The position numbers and the translations under genes were made by a program. A model generated the notes under the pieces. That model saw only the letters and a list, made by a program, of their open reading frames with translations. It made no database searches and was not told the origin of the DNA. Below are positions 27,409 to 37,877 of a stretch of DNA of 64,000 nucleotides, one piece after another (position 1 is the first letter of the stretch; each line of letters begins with the position of its first letter). This stretch comes from a bacterium. Its GTDB lineage: Bacteria > Krumholzibacteriota > Krumholzibacteriia > LZORAL124-64-63. The stretch spans positions 5,422 to 69,421 of the forward strand of contig JAAEQC010000202.1 in NCBI GenBank assembly GCA_024231905.1, in the 5' to 3' direction.

Positions 27409-28956
27409 CTAGTGGAAGAGGATCTGGATCGCTACGAGCGACATGGCGAGCGCCATCCCCACCCGCGCCGTGGTCCTGTCCGCCACCTGCCAAACCTCCC
27501 GCCACACGATCCCCCGCCGCTCCCGCCACCAGGCCTCGCCGGCAACCACCGCGAAGCCGCCCAGGATCGTCAGCGCCGTCACGTTGAAGTAGGCCATGTC
27601 CGGCAGCAGATGTTCGAGCAACAACTTCAGCCCCACCGTCCCGACCATGACCGCCAGCACCAACCCCGCCCGCGCCCGATACAGGAACACCGCCGCGGCC
27701 ACGAGGATCACGAACCCCACCTTGATGTAGTAGCTCATGTCGTTGAACCAGTGGGTCAGGGCGAAGGCCGGGTCGCGGAACTTGATCCAGGCCTGGAGGC
27801 AGCCGAAGAGCAGTCCCGTGACGAGGGTGACCAGGATGGCGCGCCGGCCCATGGCCACCACTTGGCGGTCGTTGGCGTTCGGGCGCATACGCCGCCGGTA
27901 GATGTCCACCGACCACAGCGTCGCCACCGAGTTGAAGATGGAGTCCACCGAACTCATCAGGGACGCGAAGAGCCCGCACAGCACGAGCCCCCGCAGGCCT
28001 GCGGGCAGGAGCAGGTTCACCAGTGTCGGGTAGGCCGTGTCCGGATCCGCCAGCGGCCGGTCGGCCATGATGCCCGCCAGTGCGATGGCCGGCAGGCAGG
28101 TGATGGCGGCGATGACGTACTTGAGGACGCCACCCGCCAGCAGGCCCAACTGGGCGTCCCGCACCGAGCGTGCGGCCAGGGCCCGCTGCAGGATGATCTG
28201 GTTCGAGCCCCAGTAGTTGAGATTCAGCAGGAGCATGGCTCCGATGGCCGTCCAGGGCAGCTTGGGGTGGTCCGCCGGCAAGTGCAGGTGCATGAGCCCC
28301 GTGTCCGCCAGCTCGCGCCAGCCACCCAACTCGCGCACCGCCAGCACGGTCAGGATCACGCCGCCGCCCACCAGCAGGACGAACTGGATGGCGTCGGTGC
28401 GGACCACGGCCGTCAGTCCGCCCAACCAGGTGTAGGTGGCCGAAAAGACGCCCAGCGCGACCATCATGATGATCACGCGCACGAGGGGGTCGGCGTGGAG
28501 GAAGGCGATCTGCTCCGGGAAGAGGGCATTCACCGCATAGGCGCCCCAGAACAGGGCCGTGCCCAGGTAGAGGAAGCCGTACAGCACCATGGTCAGCACC
28601 GAGTAGGCCGTGGCCACCCGCGAGCCGAAACGGTCCTCGAAGAACTGGGTGATGGTCATGACGCGGAGTTTGAGGTAGAGCGGCACGAAGACGAAGGCCG
28701 CCAGCAGCAGTCCGAAGACGGCGTTGATCTCCAGGTTGGCCTGGGCCAGGCCGTAGAGGTAGGCGCTGCCGGCGATGCCCAGGAAGTGTCCCGCGTGGAT
28801 GTTGGTGGCGATGGTGGACAGGGCGATGGACGGCCAGCGCAGCCGGCGCGAGGCCACGAAGTATTCCTCGGCGCTGGTCTCGGCCTTGGCGCGCGAGAGG
28901 ATGCCCACGAGCATGATGCCCGCGAAGTAGGCGGCGATGATGACGAGGTCGAGCAT
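27409..28956 (-). CDS. Sodium:solute symporter (SSS/SLC5, sugar-type)
   Basis: EYFVASR, GGLTAVVRTD, YWGSNQIILQRALAA, ASLMSSVDS. Confidence 0.92.
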   Translation of the reverse strand: MLDLVIIAAYFAGIMLVGILSRAKAETSAEEYFVASRRLRWPSIALSTIATNIHAGHFLGIAGSAYLYGLAQANLEINAVFGLLLAAFVFVPLYLKLRVMTITQFFEDRFGSRVATAYSVLTMVLYGFLYLGTALFWGAYAVNALFPEQIAFLHADPLVRVIIMMVALGVFSATYTWLGGLTAVVRTDAIQFVLLVGGGVILTVLAVRELGGWRELADTGLMHLHLPADHPKLPWTAIGAMLLLNLNYWGSNQIILQRALAARSVRDAQLGLLAGGVLKYVIAAITCLPAIALAGIMADRPLADPDTAYPTLVNLLLPAGLRGLVLCGLFASLMSSVDSIFNSVATLWSVDIYRRRMRPNANDRQVVAMGRRAILVTLVTGLLFGCLQAWIKFRDPAFALTHWFNDMSYYIKVGFVILVAAAVFLYRARAGLVLAVMVGTVGLKLLLEHLLPDMAYFNVTALTILGGFAVVAGEAWWRERRGIVWREVWQVADRTTARVGMALAMSLVAIQILFH

Positions 28957-29000
28957 GGTGCGGGGAGACTACACCACGGACTCGGGCACGGCGATACCGG

Positions 29001-29534
29001 TCAGTCCGTCCTGCGGCCGCAGGCCCGGCACAGGCTTCGGACCCACCCGCAGAAGACGTTCAACAGGTGATCCCGGAGGAGCGACCGGATGACGTTCGGA
29101 TTGCGCGGATCCTGGCGGTCGACCTGGGCGCGGAACTTCGGGTCGCGCCGGGCCAGCTCGCGGGCCTTGGCGAAGTGCTTGAAGGCCACGCCGCGGTTGC
29201 CGTGCAGCAGGTGGACCTGGGCCAGGGCATACCAGCCGCCCGGCTCCTCTGGATGCTCGGTGACGATGCCCCGGACCATGGCCTGGGCGGCCCCGTCGTC
29301 GCGGCCGAGGGCGGCCATGCACACGCCGATGTAGGCGCGGCAGCGCAGGTGGGTCGGGTCCGTTTCGAGACCCTTCTGGAGCAGGATCTCCGCCTCGCGA
29401 AAGTCCCCCACCTCCATCTCCTGGACGGCGAGCCGGGCGAATTCATCGGCTTTGCCACCACGAGCGCCGGGATCGGTGCTCAGAGTGGCGAAATCGTTTC
29501 CGGCCAGCCCTTGAGTGATCTGGAATGTCGACAT
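29001..29534 (-). CDS. TPR-repeat protein, paralog 3
   Basis: TPR helices; C-terminal DPR....R.L.R.H.LN..CG motif shared with neighbours. Confidence 0.75.
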   Translation of the reverse strand: MSTFQITQGLAGNDFATLSTDPGARGGKADEFARLAVQEMEVGDFREAEILLQKGLETDPTHLRCRAYIGVCMAALGRDDGAAQAMVRGIVTEHPEEPGGWYALAQVHLLHGNRGVAFKHFAKARELARRDPKFRAQVDRQDPRNPNVIRSLLRDHLLNVFCGWVRSLCRACGRRTD

Positions 29535-29568
29535 GGCGATCTCCCCCCGAGATTCCCGCCGCGACGGA

Positions 29569-30096
29569 TCAATTGGTGTCGCGACTCCTGAACAGGGCGC
29601 GCAGGCGCCCGAGTATGACGTTGATGATATGGTCCCGTGGCAACGAACGAACAATATTGGGATTGCGCGGGTCCTGGCGGTCGACCTGGGCGCGGAAGCG
29701 CGGATCGCGCCGGGACAATTCGCGGGCCTTGGCGAAGTGCTGGAAGGCCACGCTGCGGTTGCCGCCCAGGAGATGGACCTGGGCCAGGGCGAACCAGCCG
29801 GCCGGATCCTCGGGATATCGGCTGATGACCGTTCGCGCCATCTGCTCGGCAGTACCGTCGTCACGCCCGAGGGCGGACACGCACACGGCCATGTAGGCTA
29901 GGCAACCGGCGTGAGCCGGGTCCATCTCGAGGCCCTGCTGGAGAATCTTCTCGGCTTCCTGGAAATCCCCGATCTCCAGTTCATGGGCGGCCAGGGAAGC
30001 GCACTCGTCCGCATTGCTGGCTTCGCCGGCCACGTTGAAGGTCCCCGCCACGAACGGGTCCTTGCCGAGGCTCTTCTTCACCATGAACGTGGACAT
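29569..30096 (-). CDS. TPR-repeat protein, paralog 2
   Basis: Close similarity to 29001..29534 (AFQHFAKARELSRRDPRFRAQVDRQDPRNPN). Confidence 0.75.
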   Translation of the reverse strand: MSTFMVKKSLGKDPFVAGTFNVAGEASNADECASLAAHELEIGDFQEAEKILQQGLEMDPAHAGCLAYMAVCVSALGRDDGTAEQMARTVISRYPEDPAGWFALAQVHLLGGNRSVAFQHFAKARELSRRDPRFRAQVDRQDPRNPNIVRSLPRDHIINVILGRLRALFRSRDTN

Positions 30097-30115
30097 ACGG
30101 TTCTCCCTCGCGGCC

Positions 30116-30646
30116 TCAGGTATCGGACTTCTTGAACACGGCGCGCAGTCGGCCACACAGCATGTTCAAGGGATGGTTGCGCGGCAGGCCTTCGAAGACG
30201 AGTTCACGGCGAGGGTCGAGACCGTCGAGTTGCCACATCATCTCGGGATCGGCGGCGGAGAGCCGGCGGGCCCGTTCCAGGTGGTGGAAAGCGTTGCGTC
30301 GCTTGCCGGCCAACAGGTAGATCTGGCCCAGGGCATAGTGGCCCACCGGATCGGCGACGTGTTCGCGTGCGATCTGCCGGGCCAGGCGCTCGGCCTCCTT
30401 GAGATTGCGACCACGGGCCGCCACGCAGATGGCGAGGTAGGCCCGGCACTGGTGGCAGTCCGGCTCGTGCTCGAGGCCGTTCTGCAGGTGATGCTCCGCC
30501 CGTTCGAAATCACCGGTCTTGATGGCCGATGCGGCCGCCTCGATGACTTCGAGCTTGAAGGCGGTTTCCGGGTCGTCGACCTCGTAGACCAAGGCGACAC
30601 CGGCTTCCCGGTCCTCTTCGTCGGCGATCCAGTCCCGCGTGGCCAT
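30116..30646 (-). CDS. TPR-repeat protein, paralog 1
   Basis: GDFERAEHHLQNGLEHEP..YALGQIYLLAG..DPR..LPRNHPLNMLCG. Confidence 0.75.
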   Translation of the reverse strand: MATRDWIADEEDREAGVALVYEVDDPETAFKLEVIEAAASAIKTGDFERAEHHLQNGLEHEPDCHQCRAYLAICVAARGRNLKEAERLARQIAREHVADPVGHYALGQIYLLAGKRRNAFHHLERARRLSAADPEMMWQLDGLDPRRELVFEGLPRNHPLNMLCGRLRAVFKKSDT

Positions 30647-30687
30647 GGTTCTCCCTCGGCACCCATGTGGAATTCCCCTGTCCTGTT

Positions 30688-30714
30688 TCATCGGCGCTGG
30701 TTGACGGGGCTTGA
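30688..30714 (-). promoter_or_regulatory. Sigma28 (FliA/WhiG)-like promoter
   Basis: TCAA-N15-GCCGATGA versus consensus TAAA-N15-GCCGATAA, about 40 bp before the TPR triplet. Confidence 0.6.
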
Positions 30715-30836
30715 GGATAGCCGCTGCGTCGCTACCTCGGACTGCGGACAAGTGGTTATCGATTATGCGGGTACTTCGAGACCGAATCGGATATTGTTCG
30801 TCGTACATTGCAGAACCGTATTCTCGAGGTGGCGCC

Positions 30837-33563
30837 ATGACCTGCTCGACGGCGTGTCTAACGCTTGTCCTCGCGACGCTCGTACTCCAGGCCATCGGCG
30901 CCCCGTCGGCGGACGCCGGTTCCATCCGCGAGGAGATGTTCCAACTCGACAACGGCCTCCTGGCCGTGGTCCGCCAGGTGCCGGGTGCGCCGACTTACCG
31001 CGTGAACTCCTATTTCGCGGCCGGCTCCTCCTTCGAGCCCGACTCCCTGGCCGGGTTGGCCCATCTAGCGGAGCATCTGCTGACCGAGAGCACTCGAGAC
31101 CATCCCGAGGGCGGTTACGCGGCGCTCGTCGCCTTGCACACCCTCCACCGCAATGCCTCCACCAACCACCGGCTCATGTGGTTCACCTCCACGTGTCTGC
31201 CGCAGCTGCTGGAGGAGGTGCTGGCCCTCGAGGCCGAGCGCATGTCCGGCTGTGTCGTCGACAGCACCTCCTTCGTCCGTGAACAACAGGTGGTGCTGGA
31301 AGAGTTGGCACTCAGGACACGCCTCTCCCCCCATGCGGCCCTGGCCGAGACCGCCGTCCAGTTGGCCTATGAGGGGCATCCCTTCGCCCGAGACGTGGCC
31401 GGTACGCGTGAGACCGTGTCCCGAATCGCCGCTGACCATGTGGAAGCGTATCTGGACGAACGCATCGCCGTGAACAATGCGGTGCTCGTGGTGTCCGGGC
31501 CGGGCGACCCGGATTCGGTGACGATCAGGGTGCGGGCGGTTTTTGGGGACGTTCCGGCCCCCACGCCGGCCGCCGTCGCGGTTCCGGACTATCCGGAGCT
31601 CGCAGCGCGCCAGACGATCCTCGACGCCTCCGATCACGACGGCGTGCGTGTGGCCTTCGCCTGCCGCCTGCCCATCACGTCGCGGGAGGACGGGGTCATT
31701 GCCACGCTGCTGGCCGCCTGGCTGGACCATGTCGGGGCGGCCGTGCGCCTCTACCCGCAACCCCGTGAATGGGTCCTGACGATGACCGGCTACCGCTCCT
31801 ACTATCGCCCGCCGACCCGGGCGCAGGAGCACTGGGAAACCCTGCACGGGAATTTCGATCCCGAGCGGGATGCCCAGAACCTATTGAGTGGCATGTGGCG
31901 CCACGTGGGAGCCGCCGCGGACAGCCTCCTGCGCGGCCGGGGCTATGTATCCTCAAAACGGAAGCTGAACGATATCCTGGAGCGCGAGAGCCGGTCCCGG
32001 TACCACCTCGACCTGATCGGTTCATCCTTGTCCGGCGGTGGCGCCCCACCCACTCCTTCGGAGATCATGGCCGGACTCGACACGCTCTCCGCGTCGGATC
32101 TCCACGCCTTCATGCGGGCCCACGTCAACCCGGGACGCACCTGCGTGGCAGTCAGCCACGGTCGCGATTCCCAACGCCAGGCGACCCACCGTCTCGCGGG
32201 CGCCGCGAATGTGCGCGCCATGGGCAGGATCCACGACCCCATGGCCCTGCTGGACCTGGCCGCGGTGGCGCCCGTACTCGAGGCCTACCGGACCGGTGTG
32301 CCGGTGCAACTGGCGCTGACCCACATCGGCGATACCCCCATGGTCGTTCACGCCGTTCCCGACGCACCCACCTTCCACCTCGAAGGCCTTCGTGTCTTCC
32401 CGCCGCCCAAGGAGTGCCGGCCCGATAAGCTCCCCGGCCAGTGCGAACTCTACAATCGGGTCGTGGACTGGGATCCGGCGAGCAAGGAGCGGGCAGGCAC
32501 TCTGCTCCCTCACGATTGCCAGTTCACGCTGCTGCCGTGGGAGCTGCGGTTCCGGGCCCGATCGGACGCCGCCAGCGCCCGCGCGGCCTGTACCACTGTG
32601 GCCGGACGCCTGTCCGACGACCGTTTCAAGACCTACCGGTGGTCGCGAGCGTTGGAATTCGGGGCGCCGATCCTTGCGGAACGAGGCAGCCGTGCGGAGA
32701 ACCAGGCCATGGCCTGGCACCTGCAGCACTGGCTGGGCAAGAAGACCGCCGCGGCGGGCCACTATGCGCCGTCTGCCGACACCCCCAGGAAGATCAAGTA
32801 CAAGGATCTGCAGAAGCTCCACCGCAAGGCCGCGCGCGACCGGCATCCGACCGTATTGTGGATGTCCGGCGGCCTGACCGTGGCCACGGCCTCGAACCTG
32901 GGCCGCGGCTGCTTCCCTATGCTCGGGTCCGCCCGGCTGGAGGTGATCGAGCTGGACGACTCGCGGCCCCCAGGCGTCGTCGGCCGGGTATTCACTTCGG
33001 CCCAGAAGGCCGACGCCAGACTCACGCTCACCTTTGGCCCCGCCCTGGCCAGACAGACCGACTCCAGCCAACGTGGTGTGACCAGTCTCGTCGTCGACGC
33101 CGTGCTGACCCGGATCATGATGAGCCGGCTGCGGAAGCAGGAAGGGCTCACGTACTCGGCGGGCATGAGTCATTTCACCATGGGCGGCGTGATCATTCCG
33201 CGCCTCGGCCTGTCGTGTCAGCCGCGGCTCGTGGGACGCGCGCTCGCGGCCGTGTCCGACGAGTTGGGCCGGCTCGCCGCCTCGGGGCCCACCGCGGATG
33301 AGATCGCCCGCGGCCGTCTCGCTCTGGTCAAGGAGATCGTCGTCTCCCTGGACGAGCCCGGCCCCATGCCGTCCTGGCTGCGGGATCTTGTCCGTTGCGG
33401 CGCGGCGCCCCCCGCGGATCCGGTAGCCGCCGTCCTCGATCTGGAGGAGGAGGCCATCCGCGCGGCCACTGCCGACTACGTCTCCGCCGCGGACTTCGCG
33501 TTCAGCGTCGTCGGTCCCGTGCTCGAGGATGACCTGGAGCTCTACCTGGAGGCTCTCGATTGA
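30837..33563 (+). CDS. M16 (insulinase/pitrilysin) family zinc protease
   Basis: LDNGL, GLAHLAEH (HxxEH), NAST, EQQVVLEE, HPF, RLRKQEGLTYS. Confidence 0.82.
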   Translation: MTCSTACLTLVLATLVLQAIGAPSADAGSIREEMFQLDNGLLAVVRQVPGAPTYRVNSYFAAGSSFEPDSLAGLAHLAEHLLTESTRDHPEGGYAALVALHTLHRNASTNHRLMWFTSTCLPQLLEEVLALEAERMSGCVVDSTSFVREQQVVLEELALRTRLSPHAALAETAVQLAYEGHPFARDVAGTRETVSRIAADHVEAYLDERIAVNNAVLVVSGPGDPDSVTIRVRAVFGDVPAPTPAAVAVPDYPELAARQTILDASDHDGVRVAFACRLPITSREDGVIATLLAAWLDHVGAAVRLYPQPREWVLTMTGYRSYYRPPTRAQEHWETLHGNFDPERDAQNLLSGMWRHVGAAADSLLRGRGYVSSKRKLNDILERESRSRYHLDLIGSSLSGGGAPPTPSEIMAGLDTLSASDLHAFMRAHVNPGRTCVAVSHGRDSQRQATHRLAGAANVRAMGRIHDPMALLDLAAVAPVLEAYRTGVPVQLALTHIGDTPMVVHAVPDAPTFHLEGLRVFPPPKECRPDKLPGQCELYNRVVDWDPASKERAGTLLPHDCQFTLLPWELRFRARSDAASARAACTTVAGRLSDDRFKTYRWSRALEFGAPILAERGSRAENQAMAWHLQHWLGKKTAAAGHYAPSADTPRKIKYKDLQKLHRKAARDRHPTVLWMSGGLTVATASNLGRGCFPMLGSARLEVIELDDSRPPGVVGRVFTSAQKADARLTLTFGPALARQTDSSQRGVTSLVVDAVLTRIMMSRLRKQEGLTYSAGMSHFTMGGVIIPRLGLSCQPRLVGRALAAVSDELGRLAASGPTADEIARGRLALVKEIVVSLDEPGPMPSWLRDLVRCGAAPPADPVAAVLDLEEEAIRAATADYVSAADFAFSVVGPVLEDDLELYLEALD

Positions 33564-33584
33564 GGCCGGCCCGCCGCCGTAACG

Positions 33585-34925
33585 TCAGTACCCCAATGCC
33601 CGCAGTTGCTGGACCTCCTCGGGCGTCAGACCCGAGTCGCTGGTACCGCCGCGTACAGCACCCCGGATGATGACGCAGGACTCACCGCCGGCGAGTTCGG
33701 CCATCAGCGCCGCGAGGCGGGTCTTGTCCCGGGGACGGGTGCGTGCGAGATCGCGCAACTCGCCCGGATCGGCGACCAGGTCGAAGAGGACGGGGAGCGC
33801 CCGCCTGCCGCGGCAGGCCTGGATCAGCTTGAGGTCCCCGTGTCGGACGCCCATGGAGAACCAGGCGCGGTTGGTCATGGCCGTGGAAACCACCGGGCGC
33901 CCACGGTCGTGCTCACCGCGCACGTCGACCCCGTCCAGGCCCGGAGGCGTCTCCAGACCGAGGAGGCCGGCGAAGGTGGGCAGGAAGTCGAGGTTCACGA
34001 TGATCTCTGATGTGCGCCGTTGCCGGTTCACGCCGGGATGGTGGATGAACAGGGGGATGCGCACGACTTCGTCGTAGACCTGGCGGTGACCGAATGCGCC
34101 GTGGTCCATGTGCTCGTCGCCATGGTCGGCCGTGAGTACGACGACCGAGTTCTTCATCAGACTCTGTTCTTCGATGGTCGCCAAGAGGCGCCCGAAGAGC
34201 ATGTCTGCATAGAAGACCTCGCCCGTATAGAGTTCCTTCACGCGCTCCAGTTCGTCCGGGTCGTCCACCGTGCCGCCGCGGCCCAAGCCACCGGTCCCGC
34301 GCTTGAACTGCCCCTCGTAGCCGGGTGTGTAGAAGCGCTCGGCCATGTCCCGCCGGTCGTAGGGCGCGTGGGGCGAGATGAAGTGGATCCAGACGAAGAA
34401 CGGTTCGGCGGTGTTCTCGCGCAGCCAGGCCTCCGGCTTATCGAGGAAGGTCTCCTCGTTGGGCATGTACACGACCTCGTAATCGTCGAATCCGCGGGCG
34501 AAACCGCGCGATTCGTCCAGTTGGCGATTGTTCAGGAAGGCCGCCGTGCGGTAGCCCGCCTTCTGCAGGACGCCCGCCAGTGTCGGGGCCGGCTGGAGTT
34601 GCCAGGCGCGGAAAACGTCGAAGGGCTGGCGGCCGGTCCAGGCCGCGGAGAATGACGTGGGTGTGGCCTGACCCGACGTGTAGGCCCGGTCGCAGACCAG
34701 GGATCTTGTCGCGAAGGCGTCGAGGTTCGGAGAAGCGCCGAGAGTGTCGCCGTAGGCGCCGAGGGCGTCGGCGCGCAGGGCGTCGAAGCTGATAACGATG
34801 AGATTCTTGCCGCGGGCCTGGGGCAGGAGGCCGGCGAAGGTCTCCGGATCCGGAGCCTCGCCGCCGGAGCAGCCGGCCAGGGTGAGCAGGATGATGAGCG
34901 GAGCTGCGGCGAATCTCGACGTCAT
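33585..34925 (-). CDS. Sulfatase-like lipoprotein
   Basis: Lipobox LAGC; FDALRAD, HFISPHAPY, ADHGDE, LRALGY end. Confidence 0.85.
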   Translation of the reverse strand: MTSRFAAAPLIILLTLAGCSGGEAPDPETFAGLLPQARGKNLIVISFDALRADALGAYGDTLGASPNLDAFATRSLVCDRAYTSGQATPTSFSAAWTGRQPFDVFRAWQLQPAPTLAGVLQKAGYRTAAFLNNRQLDESRGFARGFDDYEVVYMPNEETFLDKPEAWLRENTAEPFFVWIHFISPHAPYDRRDMAERFYTPGYEGQFKRGTGGLGRGGTVDDPDELERVKELYTGEVFYADMLFGRLLATIEEQSLMKNSVVVLTADHGDEHMDHGAFGHRQVYDEVVRIPLFIHHPGVNRQRRTSEIIVNLDFLPTFAGLLGLETPPGLDGVDVRGEHDRGRPVVSTAMTNRAWFSMGVRHGDLKLIQACRGRRALPVLFDLVADPGELRDLARTRPRDKTRLAALMAELAGGESCVIIRGAVRGGTSDSGLTPEEVQQLRALGY

Positions 34926-34988
34926 GATGAACCTCCCGGCGGCCGATGGTGCCACCGCCGGCCACCGGGAGTCAACTCGTCGCTCGTG

Positions 34989-37589
34989 TCAGGCGGCTTC
35001 CTCCTTCGCCGTGCGGGCGTGCGCCGCCAAGGTGAACACAGCTTCGTCCGAGTCGAGTTCGACGGTCTGCTCCGCGTGCACCTCCCCCGCCAGGATCAGA
35101 TCCGCCAGCCGGTCCTGCACTTCCCGCTGGATCACCCGCTTGACCGGCCGCGCGCCGAAGGTGGGGTCGTAGCCCAGGGCCGCGAGCCTGGCCACCGCAG
35201 CGTCGGTCGCCGCGAACCCGATCTCCTGCTCGGCCAGGTCGCGGGCCACCTTGGCCAGCTCCAGGCGCACGATCTCGGCGATGAATGTGTCGCCCAGACT
35301 GTTGAATCGGACGATGCCGTCGAGCCGATTGAGGAACTCGGGACGGAAATGGCCGTGCAGTCCCTCCAGCAGTCGCCGCTCGTGCTCGGCCGGGTCCTCG
35401 TCCCCGCGGGTTTCGTAGACAACCTCCTGGCAGAGGTTGCTGGTCATGATCACCAGGGTGTTGCGGAAGTCCACCGCCCGGCCCTTGCCGTCGGTGAGGC
35501 GTCCGTCGTCGAGCAACTGCAGCAGCACGTTCATGACCTCGGGATGGGCCTTCTCCACCTCGTCCAGCAGGATGACGCTGTAGGGGTGGCGGCGCACAGC
35601 CTCGGTGAGCTGGCCGCCGGCCTCGTGGCCCACGTAGCCGGGGGGCGAACCGATCATGCGACTCACTGCGTGGCGCTCCATGTACTCGCTCATGTCCAGT
35701 CGCACCAGGGCGGTCTCGTCCCCGAAGAGCTGTTCGGTGAGGGCCTTGGCCAGCTCGGTCTTGCCCACGCCCGTGGGACCCAGGAAGAGGAACGAACCCA
35801 AGGGCCGGCTGCGGTCCGTGAGCCCCGCGCGAGAGCGGCGGATGGTGCGGGCCACCTGGCCGACGGCCGCGTCCTGGCCCACGACGCGGGCGGTGATGCG
35901 GGTTTCGAGCTCGCGGAGTTTGGCCAGTTCGTCCTCCACCAGGCGCTGGGCCGGGATACCGGTCCACTTGGCCACCAGGAGGGCCACGTCGTCCTCCTCC
36001 ACTTCCTCCTTGAGGAGCGGGCTGTCGCCCTGGATGCGGCGCAGCTCCAGTCGGGCCTGGGACAGCTCGGCCTCCAGGAGGGCTTGGCCCCCGTACTTCA
36101 GTTCGCTGGCCCGGGCCAGGTCGCCGCTGCGTTCGGCCGCTTCCATCTCGAGCTGGAGATTCTCCTGGCGCTTCTGCAGGGTGCGGATGGCGTCGATAGC
36201 GGCCTTCTCCTCCTCCCAGCGGGCCTGGACGGCATCCAGGGCGTCGCGCAGTTCGGTGAGCTGACGATCGATGGACTCACGCCGGACCACGGCCGACTTC
36301 TCGGTCTCCTTCTCCAAAGCCAGGCGCTCCATCTCCAACTGGTTCAGTTGCCGCTGCAGGTCATCCACCTCGGCGGGCACGCTGTCGATCTCCATGCGCA
36401 GGCGACTGGCGGCCTCGTCCATGAGGTCGATGGCCTTGTCCGGGAGCATGCGGTCGGCGATGTAGCGCTGGGAGAGCTTCACCGCCGCCACGATGGCCCC
36501 ATCGGTAATGCGGATGCCGTGGTGCACCTCGTAGCGTTCTTTCAATCCGCGCAGGATGGCCACGGCCTGCTCCCAAGTGGGCTCCGCCACGAGCACCGGC
36601 TGGAAACGGCGTTCCAGAGCCGGGTCCTTCTCGATGTGCTGGCGGTACTCGTCGATGGTGGTGGCGCCGATGCAGTGCAACTCGCCGCGGGCCAGGGCGG
36701 GTTTGAGGATGTTGCTGGCGTCCATGGCTCCGCCAGTGGCGCCGGCCCCCACGAGGGTGTGCATCTCGTCGATGAACAGGAGGACCTCGCCCTCCGACTC
36801 GGTCACCTCCTTGATGACCTTCTTGAGCCGGTCCTCGAACTCGCCCCGGTACTTGGTGCCGGCGATGAGCGCTCCCATGTCCAGGGCGACCACGCGCTTG
36901 CCCTTGAGCCCCTCGGGCACATCGCCTTCCACCAGGCGCCGCGCAAGACCCTCGGCCACTGCGGTCTTGCCCACGCCGGGGGATCCCATGAGCACGGGGT
37001 TGTTCTTGGTGCGCCGGCTGAGGATCTGGATGGTGCGCCGGATCTCCTCGTCCCGGCCGATGATGGGATCGATCTTACCCGCCCGGGCCGCGGCGCAGAG
37101 ATCGGTGGCGTATTCGTCGAGAGCCGAGTCCTCGCCCACGCCGGACTCGTCGTCACCGTCGTAGCCCGCGTTGGCGCCGGTCTGCGTGAAGGCCTGGGCC
37201 AGTTTCGATTCGTCCACGTCGAAGGTGCGCAGGACCGAGCCCGCGCGGCCCTGGTCCGCGGCCAGGGCAAGCAACAACTCGCGCGTGCCCACCATGCCGG
37301 CCGTTCCGGCCCGATTCTGGGCTTCGAGCAGCAGCTTCTGGAACTCGCGGCCGGGATCAGGCACGTCCGCCCGGGCCGCTTGGGGCAAACTCGCCAGCTC
37401 CTGTTCGGCGGTCCGGGCCATGAGACCCGGATCCAACTCGAGGCAACGCAAGGTATTGGTCACGAGGCCGGTTTCGGCCAGGAGCGCCCAGAGCAGATGC
37501 AGGGGCTCCAGCGCGGCGTGCTTCATCTCATATGCCTTGGACTGGGCCTTTTGGAGGGCGTCCATGGCGTTGACGGTCAGATTCTTCAT
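34989..37589 (-). CDS. clpB: ATP-dependent chaperone ClpB
   Basis: Two AAA+ modules ([16 protein letters not shown]), LSRRTKNNP, coiled-coil M-domain, FGARP. Confidence 0.95.
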   Translation of the reverse strand: MKNLTVNAMDALQKAQSKAYEMKHAALEPLHLLWALLAETGLVTNTLRCLELDPGLMARTAEQELASLPQAARADVPDPGREFQKLLLEAQNRAGTAGMVGTRELLLALAADQGRAGSVLRTFDVDESKLAQAFTQTGANAGYDGDDESGVGEDSALDEYATDLCAAARAGKIDPIIGRDEEIRRTIQILSRRTKNNPVLMGSPGVGKTAVAEGLARRLVEGDVPEGLKGKRVVALDMGALIAGTKYRGEFEDRLKKVIKEVTESEGEVLLFIDEMHTLVGAGATGGAMDASNILKPALARGELHCIGATTIDEYRQHIEKDPALERRFQPVLVAEPTWEQAVAILRGLKERYEVHHGIRITDGAIVAAVKLSQRYIADRMLPDKAIDLMDEAASRLRMEIDSVPAEVDDLQRQLNQLEMERLALEKETEKSAVVRRESIDRQLTELRDALDAVQARWEEEKAAIDAIRTLQKRQENLQLEMEAAERSGDLARASELKYGGQALLEAELSQARLELRRIQGDSPLLKEEVEEDDVALLVAKWTGIPAQRLVEDELAKLRELETRITARVVGQDAAVGQVARTIRRSRAGLTDRSRPLGSFLFLGPTGVGKTELAKALTEQLFGDETALVRLDMSEYMERHAVSRMIGSPPGYVGHEAGGQLTEAVRRHPYSVILLDEVEKAHPEVMNVLLQLLDDGRLTDGKGRAVDFRNTLVIMTSNLCQEVVYETRGDEDPAEHERRLLEGLHGHFRPEFLNRLDGIVRFNSLGDTFIAEIVRLELAKVARDLAEQEIGFAATDAAVARLAALGYDPTFGARPVKRVIQREVQDRLADLILAGEVHAEQTVELDSDEAVFTLAAHARTAKEEAA

Positions 37590-37636
37590 GGGGTTCTCCT
37601 CGTTCGGCCAACTTCGGGCCTATCCGCGGGAAGAAC

Positions 37637-37652
37637 TGCACGGAGCGTGCCA
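37637..37652 (-). promoter_or_regulatory. Sigma54 (-24/-12) promoter for clpB
   Basis: TGGCACGCTCCGTGCA (GG-N10-GC). Confidence 0.6.
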
Positions 37653-37823
37653 GGCAACCGAATCACTGTTAACTGACTACATAACAAGGTTTAAAAGTTT
37701 TTATATACGGTACTCAACGCGACCCAGCCATCCTCCCACAAAGAAATGTCATGTCATTATGGCACATTCGCCTCCATTGTCAGGCGGTTTTCCAGGTTCG
37801 AAACACCGATCACTGGGCCAGCC

Positions 37824-37839
37824 AGGCACCCGGCTTGCA
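37824..37839 (+). promoter_or_regulatory. Sigma54 (-24/-12) promoter, divergent
   Basis: AGGCACCCGGCTTGCA (GG-N10-GC). Confidence 0.5.
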
Positions 37840-37877
37840 TTCCTAGATCCATATAGCATTCGTCGCCACGTTCTCAT

